Virus record (IMG/VR): IMGVR_UViG_3300014158_000003
Coordinates: 1 to 64,000 of that record
DNA from: a virus
Strand: one strand, 5' to 3'
Length of the DNA: 64,000 nucleotides
Part shown: in pieces, positions 10,601 through 24,641 of the stretch
Layout: the number at the start of each line of letters is the position of its first letter
How positions within the stretch are numbered: position 1 is the stretch's first letter
Made by a program: the position numbers and the translations under genes
Notes under the pieces: generated by a model
Seen by the model: the letters and a program-made list of their open reading frames with translations, nothing else
Database searches by the model: none
What the model was told of the DNA's origin: nothing

Positions 10601-11001
10601 GGCCGGGGCAGTTCGTGTACCTCTGCGACCCGACGGTCGTCGTCGAGCGCAGCCAGGGCGCGACCCGGGAAGTCGCGCGATCGGTGCCGGCCGCGCGGCT
10701 CGCGGACTTGCGCGGCGGCTCGCAGCTCGTCGCGCACGGTGGTGGCTGGCTCGCCGTCACCCACGAGGTCGCGTGGTGCCCGCACCGCGTCTACCTGCAC
10801 CGGTTCGTGCGCTTCGACGCCGACTTCCGAGCGACCGCCGCCAGCGACCCCTTCTACTTCGTCGCGAAGGGGATCGAGTTCTGCGCGGGTCTCGCCCGCG
10901 ACGGGGGCAAGCTCGTGGCGAGCTTCGGCGTGAACGACGCGTCGGCGCACCTGGCCTTCTTCGACCCGGCGGCGGTGGACCGCGCGCTGCGGTCGTGGTG
11001 A
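7657..11001 (+). CDS. Multidomain glycosylation protein: GT2 + methyltransferase + GT2 + TPR + beta-propeller-like C-terminus
   Basis: ISNDD/YYEDTDY; YLEIGV/FVDGLH; ICLCMIVKNE/DTGSTD/LIDAD; FYLAQTY TPR; NPS/GYEDCRL/KNWMP/RGGSQ/IEFCAGL. Confidence 0.8.
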   Translation: MIVLGVPTLTRYDLLDRLFESAEGGALKPDRYLVVDNGGEFTPTPSVLRALARGARVSVLAAGENLGVAASWNAILREAGGPVVISNDDVTLGPETIARLCGADGVGRHAFVIAEGPPHANGWCLFAQTPDCTGRVGYYDDGFYPAYYEDTDYHRRMTLAGVEAFRLPTDHAHEGWATIKREGHDGPTYRGQQKCLEYYVRKWGGAPGAERFERPFDGRGPALPAAIPRAGAWVDVHSGSTGRPAGSAARPTTRYDVINRVLEKIGSDRYLEIGVGSGETMRRVRASFKVGVDPSPHPDGTRATTESFALASDAFFARGDAVGRFGAAFVDGLHHADQVYRDIENACRVSDVVVVHNASPPTEAMQVVPYRGGNWTGDVWKAVARVRAEGQHAVRTIDADYGVAVVVPDRGEEVPELPREAWADLAAHRAELLGLVAPDAWEEWFDMANRRERLAARATQRKLGIEPGKICLCMIVKNESAVIERCLEAALPFIDCWAIADTGSTDDTPAKIERFFAARGVPGKIGRTTFKNFSQARNEALALARTVPGWHYALLIDADMILSGTLDRAALAAPAYLLVQRTSGLDYWNTRLVRRDVPAKYVGVTHEFLSVDSPANLASLAIDDRCDGGARADKSDRDIRLLSEDLAENPKNYRSMFYLAQTYREAGRFHEAIQWYRRHVELATWDEEIWEALYGIAQCYRGLGDEPQMTKACLEAYNARPGRGEPLKLLAQHLRERGQNESACLIAEAIPDSTADILFVERGVYAWGRDEELAIAGYYSKFPGRREAAGQACARLTTCADAGVREQARKNFVHYVKGAGELFGAEVRPIDWEPGDGYRPMNPSVCVGPGGRRLVLVRTVNYTVTQEGQYPTLDGSGIIRTRNHVLEMSDKWSPIKSTEIRNDPGLPARKLGFVEGYEDCRLWWGGDGYRASCTVRDAPDGDGRCELAVVTLDAAWSVTAVDEVRDYEHDRPQKNWMPIVGRPGQFVYLCDPTVVVERSQGATREVARSVPAARLADLRGGSQLVAHGGGWLAVTHEVAWCPHRVYLHRFVRFDADFRATAASDPFYFVAKGIEFCAGLARDGGKLVASFGVNDASAHLAFFDPAAVDRALRSW

Positions 11002-11023
11002 CCGGACTCTCCGCGGGGGCCGC

Positions 11024-11407
11024 TCACCCCGCGGGTGCCGCGGGGATCGTGTCGACCGCGTCGAGCACGGCGTCCGAGAACGGCAGGCAGGCGATCATGG
11101 CGTGGGCGCTCGGGAACGATCGCATCGGCGCCTCGACGATGACTTTCAGGGCGGCGTAGTCGCCCTCGTCGAGCGTGATCCAGTCGCCGACCTTGCTCGC
11201 CTCGAACCGGTCGATGACCGCGTGCCACTGGCGCATCCGCAAGACGCTCATCTGCCCTTGACTCGTGAACGCGCGCGGGTCGTCGAGCCAGATGTGCCGC
11301 GCGAACTTCAAGAACGAGTAGACCTCCGGTCTGGCGTCGGGGGCCGAGCCGGCGAGCGGCGCGACGGTGATGTCGGCGGGGACCTGGAACGACTTGGACT
11401 TGGACAC
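11024..11407 (-). CDS. Hypothetical protein
   Basis: GAGGTG RBS then GTG at 11407; 3' part of the listed 365-aa ORF. Confidence 0.6.
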   Translation of the reverse strand: MSKSKSFQVPADITVAPLAGSAPDARPEVYSFLKFARHIWLDDPRAFTSQGQMSVLRMRQWHAVIDRFEASKVGDWITLDEGDYAALKVIVEAPMRSFPSAHAMIACLPFSDAVLDAVDTIPAAPAG

Positions 11408-11429
11408 GCGGCTCACCTCTTTCCGTTGT

Positions 11430-11615
11430 TCAGGCGCCGGCGTCGCTGCGGGCGACGCCGGCCTCGCGCAGGGCGAGAGACAGGACCCAGGACGACGCGC
11501 TGATCCCGAGCTTCGCGGCGGCGGCGCCGATGATCGCGCGCTGCTCGGGGGTGCAGCGCACGTTGAGGTGCGCGTCCTTGCGGGCCTTCTTGCGCCTACC
11601 GACCACGACGACCAT
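11430..11615 (-). CDS. Ribbon-helix-helix (DUF1778/MobC-like) regulator
   Basis: KDAHLNVRCTPEQRAIIGAAAAKLGISASSWVLSLAL; true start may be GTG at 11606. Confidence 0.75.
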   Translation of the reverse strand: MVVVVGRRKKARKDAHLNVRCTPEQRAIIGAAAAKLGISASSWVLSLALREAGVARSDAGA

Positions 11616-11678
11616 TTGTACGCACAAGCGGCCTGTCCGTCAAGGGGGCTTGACAGGGGGCCAACTTGTGCGCACAAT
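11615..11678. promoter_or_regulatory. Divergent promoters with two palindromic operators
   Basis: Plus: TTGACA(11650-55)-17-CACAAT; minus: TTGACG(11643-38)-17-TACAAA; TTGTACGCACAA 11616-27 and TTGTGCGCACAA 11666-77. Confidence 0.75.
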
Positions 11679-11684
11679 TGGAAG

Positions 11685-12352
11685 ATGCTCAGCGCTCGCG
11701 TCGCGGTCGTGGTCGTCTCCATGCTCGTCCTGTCCGGGTGCGCGTCGGTCCTCGGGATCGACCCGCCCACGCTCGTCTCCGAACTCGACACGGAGGGCGG
11801 CTCTCCGAGTGCCGATGTGGACGGCGGGGAGAGGGAGGACGCCGAGAGTCCCTCGGCGGAGGCGGCAGCGGTCGACTCGGTCGACTCGGGGGACGTCGCG
11901 GTCGACGCGGGCCGCGAGGCGGCCGCACGGGTCGTAGAGGACGCCGAGGCTCCGAGGGAGGACGCGGGCGACGCCGGGTCGGCGCCGAAGGTCAACGCGT
12001 TCCCCGGTTCGCCGTACGGCCCGGCGACGTGCCGCGGGGGCGCGGACTGCTCGGGTGATGATGCTGGCGCGCAGGTGTGCCTCGCGAACGAGGCCGTGTC
12101 GAGCAACGGCGGGGCTGGCATCCTGACGGGTCAGACGACGTGCCGGCCGGCAGAGGGTTTTTTCGGACCTCCCAGCGTCGTCCTCTGCCTGTCCGATCTC
12201 GATTGCTCGGGGTACCCGTGCGTCGCGCAGACGTGCGAGGTCTCGGTCTACGCCCCGTACGACGCCGGCGACATCTCCGACGTGGTCGGCACGACGAACG
12301 TGGCCGTCTCCTACTGCCAGAGTCCCAGCTCCACGCCCCCGCTGGGCTGCAA

Positions 12353-12356
<4 letters not shown>
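11685..12356 (+). CDS. Lipoprotein with acidic DAG-rich linker and Cys-rich C-terminal domain
   Basis: Signal peptide with LSGC lipobox; leaderless ATG 6 nt after the -10 box. Confidence 0.75.
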
Positions 12357-17851
<5,495 letters not shown>

Positions 17852-18029
17852 TGCTTCCCTCGAACGCTTCTCTTGTCGCGAGACCTCCGAGGCGGCCCGC
17901 GCGGCCCCTCGCCTTCGAGGGGGGATCATACTCCCGATCGCGGGCGGCCCTCGTGAATTGTGCTTGCTGTCCCCGGGGGTCGAGATTCAGCGCGTTACCG
18001 CGCGCGGAAAGGCGCGTACGCTCGACGGG

Positions 18030-18404
18030 ATGGAAGTCCTAGTCGTCGAAGACGACCCCCTGCAGCGCGGGGCGATCGTCCAGGCGCTCGAGAATATGGG
18101 TCACCACGTGTGCTGGGCGGAGACCGGCGAGGGGGCGCTCGAATTGCTGCGCACCGAGCCGGTCGACGTCGTGCTCCTCGACCTCGACCTCGGCCCCGGG
18201 ATCGACGGCTGGGAGGTCGCCCGGCGCAAGCTGGCCACGCCCAAAGTGGCCCATGTCCCGGTCATCGTCGTGACGGGTCGCCCCCTCGGCGAAGTGCACG
18301 AGCAGGCCAAGAACCCGCTCGCCGGGGCCATGCTGGTCCTGGGCAAACCGACCGACCTCGTGCTCCTCGAGCGCGCGCTCGATCTGGTCGCCCGGGGCGG
18401 TTAG
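18030..18404 (+). CDS. Stand-alone CheY-like response regulator receiver
   Basis: VLVVEDD, VLLDLDL (phospho-Asp), DGWE, PVIVVTG, KP motifs. Confidence 0.9.
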   Translation: MEVLVVEDDPLQRGAIVQALENMGHHVCWAETGEGALELLRTEPVDVVLLDLDLGPGIDGWEVARRKLATPKVAHVPVIVVTGRPLGEVHEQAKNPLAGAMLVLGKPTDLVLLERALDLVARGG

Positions 18405-19279
18405 CGCCGACGCTGGGGAGGTCGTTGCTGCGACTTCGGTGCCCCCCGACTCTCCACGCGAGACGACCGTCGAGCCTCCGCCGTCCTCTGCCAGCCGCGC
18501 GCGAGGTAGTCGTCGATGGCCTGCTCGCCGGCGGGCAGTCGGCCGACGATCGCGCGGTCGCCCGGGGCCTGCCCGTGCCAGTAGCCGCCCTGCCTCCAGA
18601 CCTTCGCCTGCTCGTACTCGCCGTCGCTCGTCGGGTAGTAGATCGTCGTGTTGGCCCCGGCGACCCTCACGTGCGTGGCGCCGCCCTCGCGTCGGGCGTG
18701 CTCGATGATCTCGGGCAAGGTCGAGAAGTCGGCGACCTGGTGACCGCTCGGGCGGCGGTGGGCAGTCGGTCGGCGCGCCTCGCGGGCCAGCTTCGACTTG
18801 ACCGCGCCCCGCAGCTCTTCACCCTGCTGCAGCACCTCGTCGGTTAGCCACGCGACGGTGCTCGGGCTCTTCAGCGCCTCGACGAAGCTGTCGAAAAACG
18901 CGCTCGTGACGTCCCGCTCCGTGATCCCGTACGTGTCCCTCACCCACGAGGCGCTGCCGCTCTCGAACACACCCTTCGCGCCGCTCAAGTCGAGCACCTC
19001 GCGCGCACCCATCTGCCGCTTGGTGTCCCACTCGAGCTGCTGGAGCATGTTCCTGGCGGCCCGCTTCGCGCCCGCCGGGGTGTCATTCGGGAAGACGCTG
19101 CTCGGGTCGGTCGCGCGCATCCGCTCGGCCTCGACGAGTTGCTCCCAGACCCAGTCGTGGAAATGATCCCCGCCGACCTGCTCCATCGCGTAGTCGGCGC
19201 CGGCCTTGGCGGCGGCTTCGAGGATCTGCGCGCCCTCTTCTTTCGGAGAGGGTTCGCGGTTGGCCTTCTTGCGGGGCAT
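18401..19279 (-). CDS. Two-domain hypothetical protein with basic linkers
   Basis: Coupled to upstream ORF (TGATG); phage-like composition. Confidence 0.7.
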   Translation of the reverse strand: MPRKKANREPSPKEEGAQILEAAAKAGADYAMEQVGGDHFHDWVWEQLVEAERMRATDPSSVFPNDTPAGAKRAARNMLQQLEWDTKRQMGAREVLDLSGAKGVFESGSASWVRDTYGITERDVTSAFFDSFVEALKSPSTVAWLTDEVLQQGEELRGAVKSKLAREARRPTAHRRPSGHQVADFSTLPEIIEHARREGGATHVRVAGANTTIYYPTSDGEYEQAKVWRQGGYWHGQAPGDRAIVGRLPAGEQAIDDYLARGWQRTAEARRSSRVESRGAPKSQQRPPQRRR

Positions 19280-20031
19280 CAGCGGCTCCTCGGGGGGCGG
19301 CGTGCGGGTGCTGGTTCCAGTTCCCAGTCGTAGAGCGAGTTCGGGAACGGTTTGCCGCTCTCGTCGGCGAGGTCATAGAGCGCGCTGCCGGCGTCCGAAT
19401 CGAAGCCAGGGTGGTCTGCGCGACTGGTGGAGACGTGAGTGACGACCAGTACCTGCCCACGGTATCGCTCGCCGTAGTTCTCGAGTGCATCGTCGCTCAT
19501 CTGCACGCGACTGCCGACGCGGAACCGCTTGGCGAGGCGCTCGCGCAAGAATGGATTTCGGTGATGAGGTGGGTGACGAGATGTCGGTGCGCGAACGGAC
19601 GACCGACGCCGCGCCGCCTCACTCACCGCACCGCGCGCCGGCTCCTCGCCCACCGCGTAGATGACCCCGTCGTCGCCGACGTAGAGCTCGAAGTCGCCGT
19701 ACGACTTCGCCGCCTCGTACAGCTCGTCGTCGTGCTTCGGGAAGTTGCCGTCGCCGAACCCGGCGCCGTGGCCGTTCCTCTTGAGCCAGAAGTCGTGCCC
19801 GGCGAGCTCCCAGCGCCCCCACTTCTCGATCGCTTTCGAGTCGTCGTCCTCGATGAGCGAGCCGAAGCGCCGCTGGAAGTCGGCGCAGTCCCGGACGATC
19901 GCCGCCATCGTCTTCGCGTCGATGTCGCTCCGGTCGTAGTTCGCGTCGAGCGGCTCATCGTCGTCGTCGGACGTGCTCCAGAGCGCCGCCTCGATGTACG
20001 CGCGCGTGAAGGGGTCGAGTCTCGTCGCCAT
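19279..20031 (-). CDS. Conserved phage-type protein (GHDFWL.RNGHGAGF domain + SH3-like domain)
   Basis: FTRAYIEAALWS...AGHDFWLKRNGHGAGF; C-terminal FRVGSRV...SLYDWEL. Confidence 0.7.
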   Translation of the reverse strand: MATRLDPFTRAYIEAALWSTSDDDDEPLDANYDRSDIDAKTMAAIVRDCADFQRRFGSLIEDDDSKAIEKWGRWELAGHDFWLKRNGHGAGFGDGNFPKHDDELYEAAKSYGDFELYVGDDGVIYAVGEEPARGAVSEAARRRSSVRAPTSRHPPHHRNPFLRERLAKRFRVGSRVQMSDDALENYGERYRGQVLVVTHVSTSRADHPGFDSDAGSALYDLADESGKPFPNSLYDWELEPAPARRPPRSR

Positions 20032-20603
20032 CACTTCCTCCCGGGCCGGCGGTGGTCGCGGGCGACTGGGCGGCGTGTGCCGCGCAGGGTCGGCCGCGGG
20101 CGGCGCTTGCTGGCCTCGCTGGGCACCCACGGCACCCCGGGGCCCCAGTTGCCCGGCTTGGCGCGCGCGGGGTACTCGCGCACGCGGCGGCGCTCCTCCA
20201 CGACCCGGACGTCCTCCGCGTCCATCTGGTCGCGCACGTCGCGCTCGAGGGTCGCGAACGCGAGCGCCGCCCAGTTGACGTTCCCGTCGGTCAGGGGCGC
20301 CTCGCCGTACTCCTCGAAGTACGCGTCGTGGTGGTCACTGCAAAGGAGGACCTGGAAGTTCGCGTGCGTGTAGATGACCCAGTACGAGCCGTCGACCTCC
20401 TGGTGGACGGCGTCGTTCAGGGCGTCCTCGCTGGCGATCTCGCCCGACTTGACGCGCGCCTTGAGGTCTTCAGTGATCCCGCGGACGCCGCCGTAATACT
20501 CCTGGCGCAGGACGCGCATCGCGTCGTCGTGCTGCTGTTCCGGGTCGATGCGCGGCTCGGGGCGGGCGGGCGGGGTGCGGCGGGGCTTGGTCTTGCTGGG
20601 CAT
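20031..20603 (-). CDS. Ocr (T7 gp0.3)-like acidic protein
   Basis: LKARVKSGEIASEDALNDAVHQEVD..FEEYGEAP resembles Ocr [33 protein letters not shown] (from memory). Confidence 0.5.
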   Translation of the reverse strand: MPSKTKPRRTPPARPEPRIDPEQQHDDAMRVLRQEYYGGVRGITEDLKARVKSGEIASEDALNDAVHQEVDGSYWVIYTHANFQVLLCSDHHDAYFEEYGEAPLTDGNVNWAALAFATLERDVRDQMDAEDVRVVEERRRVREYPARAKPGNWGPGVPWVPSEASKRRPRPTLRGTRRPVARDHRRPGRK

Positions 20604-20620
20604 CTTGAAGTCTCCGTTCC

Positions 20621-21871
20621 TCAATGTTTTGTCGGCATCACGTACGCGACCCCGTCGATGACGTAACCGCCCTTGACGACGCCGCCGATCTGCCGAGCGA
20701 CGCGCGCCATCGCGTCTTTACCGATGGACGCGTCCACGACGCGTGCGTCATCACGACGGGAAGACATCGCGAAGAACCAGAACTGAGCGCGATTGCCGCG
20801 GGCGTGCGCGACCGCGTCCGGCAACATGGCGTGGGCGCGCGCACCTCTGGCTAGGAGCTGATCGACGACACTCTGAGGTTCGCGGACTCGCGACCGTCGC
20901 GACTCCTCGGTTCGAGCGGCACCGCGACGCTTCGCCCACGTGCTCGTGTCGCCGGAGGTGCCCCATGGGATCTCTTTCTGCCACCAGTCGAGCGTCTGGG
21001 CGATCTCCATGACTGTCTCTTCGGGCAGCTCCAATTGCTTGGCGACGGCGTGGACGACGTGCTCGCCGGACACCTCCTCCTCGGTGGTCGGCACGCGGCC
21101 GCCGAAGTCCGTGAGCTCGTAACCGTTCTTCTCGAGCCAGCCTTCGAGTTGCCGAACGCCGACCTCGTTCCAGAGCTTCGGGTGTTTGCCCGGCTTGATG
21201 CCGAGCGCCTGCTCCCAGCCCCTATCGACGAGGACGTCCCCGTTGACCGCCACCGCGTCGCCGAACCGCGCGATGCAGACCGCCGAGTCGGGGTCGTACC
21301 CGTCGGCCGCGATGTCGCTCAGGAGGGCGTCGCCGAGCGTGCTCCACGCCTGCGCGCCGCTGTCGTCGGCCATCCGCTCGACAGTCTCCTCGAGCGCGGA
21401 GACGATGCCGCTCTTGCCGCCGAGGTCCGCGTCGTACCGCTCCTCGGTCTCGAGCCGGGTGAGCACGAGCGGGTACTGGTCGAACTCGTGCCAGCCGTAG
21501 TGGCCGGCCCACGTTTCGTACGCGTACGCACGCTCCAGCGGATCATTACTCACGAACGCGGCCGCGAGTTCGTCCGGATCCTGATCCGTGGTCCTTGCCA
21601 CGTCTTTGATGTCGCCCCAGCTCGGCACTTCCGGGTCGAGGTCCACCCGGTAGATGGTCCAGCGCGCGTCCGGGTCGTCGAACTCGAGGTCGTCCGGCGG
21701 GATCTCGACGTACTCGACGAAGCAGTCGCCGTAGATGTCCTTCTGCTCGCCGGACTTCGGCTTCCGGCAGTAGATCGGACCGCCGTCGTACTCCGGAAAG
21801 TTCACGTCGCCGACGTCGCCGATCTGCTCGAGTTCGGGACCGTCGTCGGCTGCGACTCGGTGGCGCGTCAC
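20621..21871 (-). CDS. Acidic multidomain hypothetical protein
   Basis: GTG at 21871 after GGAGGG; strongly D/E-rich. Confidence 0.7.
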   Translation of the reverse strand: MTRHRVAADDGPELEQIGDVGDVNFPEYDGGPIYCRKPKSGEQKDIYGDCFVEYVEIPPDDLEFDDPDARWTIYRVDLDPEVPSWGDIKDVARTTDQDPDELAAAFVSNDPLERAYAYETWAGHYGWHEFDQYPLVLTRLETEERYDADLGGKSGIVSALEETVERMADDSGAQAWSTLGDALLSDIAADGYDPDSAVCIARFGDAVAVNGDVLVDRGWEQALGIKPGKHPKLWNEVGVRQLEGWLEKNGYELTDFGGRVPTTEEEVSGEHVVHAVAKQLELPEETVMEIAQTLDWWQKEIPWGTSGDTSTWAKRRGAARTEESRRSRVREPQSVVDQLLARGARAHAMLPDAVAHARGNRAQFWFFAMSSRRDDARVVDASIGKDAMARVARQIGGVVKGGYVIDGVAYVMPTKH

Positions 21872-22146
21872 GGTACCCTCCCCACCGGATTGACGGTGAT
21901 CTCGAACCGCTCGAAGACGCTCGCCTCGGGGTCCTCGTTGTACTCGTCGACGGCGTCGTCTCCGCCGTACCACTCGGCGCCCTCCTCGCTCCAGATGAGC
22001 ACGTCGAGGTTGACGGGCCGGCCGTCGGACGCCCCGACCGAGACGGCGAGGCCGGCTGCCTCGTCGAACGTCTTGAAGGTTCGCTCCTTGCCGCCCGCGT
22101 CCTCGACCGCGAACTCGACGTCGTCATGCGTCTCTTTGCGCGCCAT
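21868..22146 (-). CDS. Small acidic hypothetical protein
   Basis: Coupled ORF; D/E-rich. Confidence 0.7.
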   Translation of the reverse strand: MARKETHDDVEFAVEDAGGKERTFKTFDEAAGLAVSVGASDGRPVNLDVLIWSEEGAEWYGGDDAVDEYNEDPEASVFERFEITVNPVGRVP

Positions 22147-22979
22147 CAGTTGACCCTCCAGTAAACGAGACCCCCGTCGGTCGTGTACGAGTTCCCGTCA
22201 TAGGACGACAGGAAGTGCGCCGGCCCGTCCACGCTCACCGCCTCCTCGGCGGCGGCGTCGACGTCGATGCCGGCGATCTCGATGGCCCTCTTGACGGCGT
22301 CCTCCTTGCCGTAGATCCCTTCGAGGTACTCCATCGGGTCCTTGAGTTCGGCCTCGGTCAGGCTGGCGGCGAGCGTCTCGATGTCCGAGTCCTCGGGCTC
22401 AGCCGGCTCGGTGGAGTAGCTGAAGTCGCCCTCGTCGTAGTCCTCGTCCGTGTTCGCCGCGACCGCGTCGTGCTTCCAGTCCTCACCCGCGTCGATGGCC
22501 TCCGACTCCGACGCGAACGTCCCAGCCAGCGTCCCCTCACCGTCCGGGCTGTCCCACTCGACGACCCACTTCTCGTCCATCCCGTCGCGCGATGCCTCTT
22601 TCCAGAAGTCCTCGGGGGTCTCGTCGCGCAATCGTTCTTCGTTACTATTTTGAACGTCGCTCTCGAGGTCGCTACGCAACCTGTCCGTGTCGATGTGCGA
22701 CTCGATGAAGTTCGGCTCGAAGATCTCGGGCTGCTCTTCGAGGTCCTGCTTGACGATGGCGATGGCGAGGTCGCGCTCCGCGTCCTCGTTCTCGACCACC
22801 TGCCACTCTTTGCGACCACCACGGGTGGTGATCTCGTAGACCGTCGCGACGCCGAAGCTCGACTGTCCGCGCGCCTCCCCGATCGACAGCTCGTCCGGGT
22901 CGATGTCGAGCGCCTTGGCGACGTCCGCGAGGACCGCGTCCTCGTCGTCGAAGTCGACCTTCTTCTTGCGGGTGGCCAT
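22146..22979 (-). CDS. Highly acidic protein, ArdA-like C-terminus (putative DNA mimic)
   Basis: Very D/E-rich; ends IDVDAAAEEAVSVDGPAHFLSSYDG...GLVYWRVN. Confidence 0.55.
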   Translation of the reverse strand: MATRKKKVDFDDEDAVLADVAKALDIDPDELSIGEARGQSSFGVATVYEITTRGGRKEWQVVENEDAERDLAIAIVKQDLEEQPEIFEPNFIESHIDTDRLRSDLESDVQNSNEERLRDETPEDFWKEASRDGMDEKWVVEWDSPDGEGTLAGTFASESEAIDAGEDWKHDAVAANTDEDYDEGDFSYSTEPAEPEDSDIETLAASLTEAELKDPMEYLEGIYGKEDAVKRAIEIAGIDVDAAAEEAVSVDGPAHFLSSYDGNSYTTDGGLVYWRVN

Positions 22980-23680
22980 CAGACCCAGCTCCTCTCGATC
23001 GTGTACTCAACCTTGACGACCTTGCCGCGCTTGACCTCCGGCGTGACCGCGAGGAGATCGACGTTGCCGTGGTCGTTCACGTGGAAGACGTTCGGGAAGA
23101 AGTTCTGGTCGTTCGCCTTCTGCAGGCCCGCGATGAGAGCAGCGTCGAAGTTGCTGAACGACCCGAGGCTCTTGCCCCCCAGGGACATCGAGTATTTCCC
23201 GCCGCGCGCGTCCTTGATGATGAGGGCGTCTTCCATCTCGCTCTCGAGGTCAAAGTCGTCCTCCTCTTCCTCCTCTTCTTCCTCCTCTTCCTCCTCTTCC
23301 TCTTCTTCTTCCTCCTCCGCGGTGTCGGCCTCGATCGCCGCCCACGCCTCGTCAGCCTTCGCCTCGTCCTCGTACCAGTCGGCCTCGACGATGCCGTCCG
23401 ACCGCTCGAAGAAGATGACGGCGACGCTGTCATCGAGCAGCTCTCGCTCGTCCTCGGTGAGTTCGTCCTTGTTCTCGGCGGCGACCGCCGCGACGCGCTC
23501 GCGCGTCGGCGCGTCGAGCCGCACCAGGCCGTACCAGCCCTCCCCCTCGCCGTAGCTCGCCTCCTCGTCGACGCCGTCGCCGGCGACCTCGAAGGCGAAG
23601 CTGTCGATGAGCGTGTGGAACTTGCCCGGCCCGTAGGACCGGATGCCGTCGTCGCCCGTCTCGCGCACGATCCTCGTCAT
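22979..23680 (-). CDS. Acidic protein with 19-Glu tract
   Basis: GGAGGA-like RBS; poly-E encoded at 23261-23317. Confidence 0.7.
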   Translation of the reverse strand: MTRIVRETGDDGIRSYGPGKFHTLIDSFAFEVAGDGVDEEASYGEGEGWYGLVRLDAPTRERVAAVAAENKDELTEDERELLDDSVAVIFFERSDGIVEADWYEDEAKADEAWAAIEADTAEEEEEEEEEEEEEEEEEEEDDFDLESEMEDALIIKDARGGKYSMSLGGKSLGSFSNFDAALIAGLQKANDQNFFPNVFHVNDHGNVDLLAVTPEVKRGKVVKVEYTIERSWV

Positions 23681-23692
23681 CGCATTCCTCCG

Positions 23693-23908
23693 TCAGAACC
23701 CGATCCTGCTCACGTCAGTCAGTTGCGCGTCTTCGATGGTGAAGTCGATTTCCTCATCGTCTTCGATGCTATCGACCGCGTCCACGATGGCGTCCTGGAT
23801 GGTGCCCGCATCGAGTGCTGCCTCTACGGCATCGCGCGCGCGACTCACGTCAGGTCCGCTCACGTCGAACTCCACCGTGATCCGTAGTTTCTTAGGACCT
23901 TTCGCCAT
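23693..23908 (-). CDS. Small acidic hypothetical protein
   Basis: MAKGPKKLRITVEFDV...; coupled to upstream stop. Confidence 0.6.
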   Translation of the reverse strand: MAKGPKKLRITVEFDVSGPDVSRARDAVEAALDAGTIQDAIVDAVDSIEDDEEIDFTIEDAQLTDVSRIGF

Positions 23909-24306
23909 CACGCCTCCCACTCGATCAGCGGCTTGATCACCTTCTTGTCGCCGACCGGCACCTGCGACGTCGAGACCCCGACCGCCTTCAGGATCTCGCG
24001 CAGGGCGTCGTACTCTTGGAGAGCCGCGTCCTCGACGTAGTCCTCCCCCGAGTCGCTCTCGACGCCCCAGAGCCCGCCGCTCGTCAGCGTCTGGGTGACG
24101 CCCTCGACGACGACCTGGGCCTCGGCGCGCACGCCGACGAACGAGAAGTCGCCGCGCTCGTACGCCTCGCGGCGGGCCCGGTCCTGATCCCGGTACAAGT
24201 ACGACGGGTCCGGGTCCTCGTCGTGCATGACGCGCACGCGGATCGACTGCAGCTCGGGCCTGTGCCGGCTCGGCGGGACATCGACGACTCGCTTGCGAGC
24301 GCCCAT
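23908..24306 (-). CDS. Phage-type hypothetical protein
   Basis: FSFVGVRAEA...SGGLWGVESDS motif; start uncertain. Confidence 0.6.
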   Translation of the reverse strand: MGARKRVVDVPPSRHRPELQSIRVRVMHDEDPDPSYLYRDQDRARREAYERGDFSFVGVRAEAQVVVEGVTQTLTSGGLWGVESDSGEDYVEDAALQEYDALREILKAVGVSTSQVPVGDKKVIKPLIEWEA

Positions 24307-24385
24307 CGCGAAAAACCTCTCTTGTGCGGCCATCCTCGCAGGGATCTCGACCGAGCGCAAGCGGGCCTGACCACCCCTTAGCGGG

Positions 24386-24610
24386 TCACGCCCCGACGCG
24401 GTCGATCGCGAGCTTGGTGACCAGCATCGCGCCCGAGCCCGCGAGTAGGGCGCCCCAAGTCGGGGCCCGCAGGGTGTACGCCAGGAGCCCCGCCGCCGCG
24501 CCGGTCATCACCGCGGCGAGGATGGGGGTGGCGGCGGGGCCCGGGGCGTCCCCCACTCGGCCGAGTGCGAACCCGGCCACCGACCTGCCCCCGCGCGAGA
24601 CGTGCTCCAT
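24386..24610 (-). CDS. Small 2-TM protein with shared N-terminal tag
   Basis: MEHVSRGGRSVAGFALG then two hydrophobic helices; extended -10 TGgTAGTCT 6 nt before ATG. Confidence 0.7.
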   Translation of the reverse strand: MEHVSRGGRSVAGFALGRVGDAPGPAATPILAAVMTGAAAGLLAYTLRAPTWGALLAGSGAMLVTKLAIDRVGA

Positions 24611-24641
24611 GGCTCGAGACTACCACGACTCCGGCGGCGAC

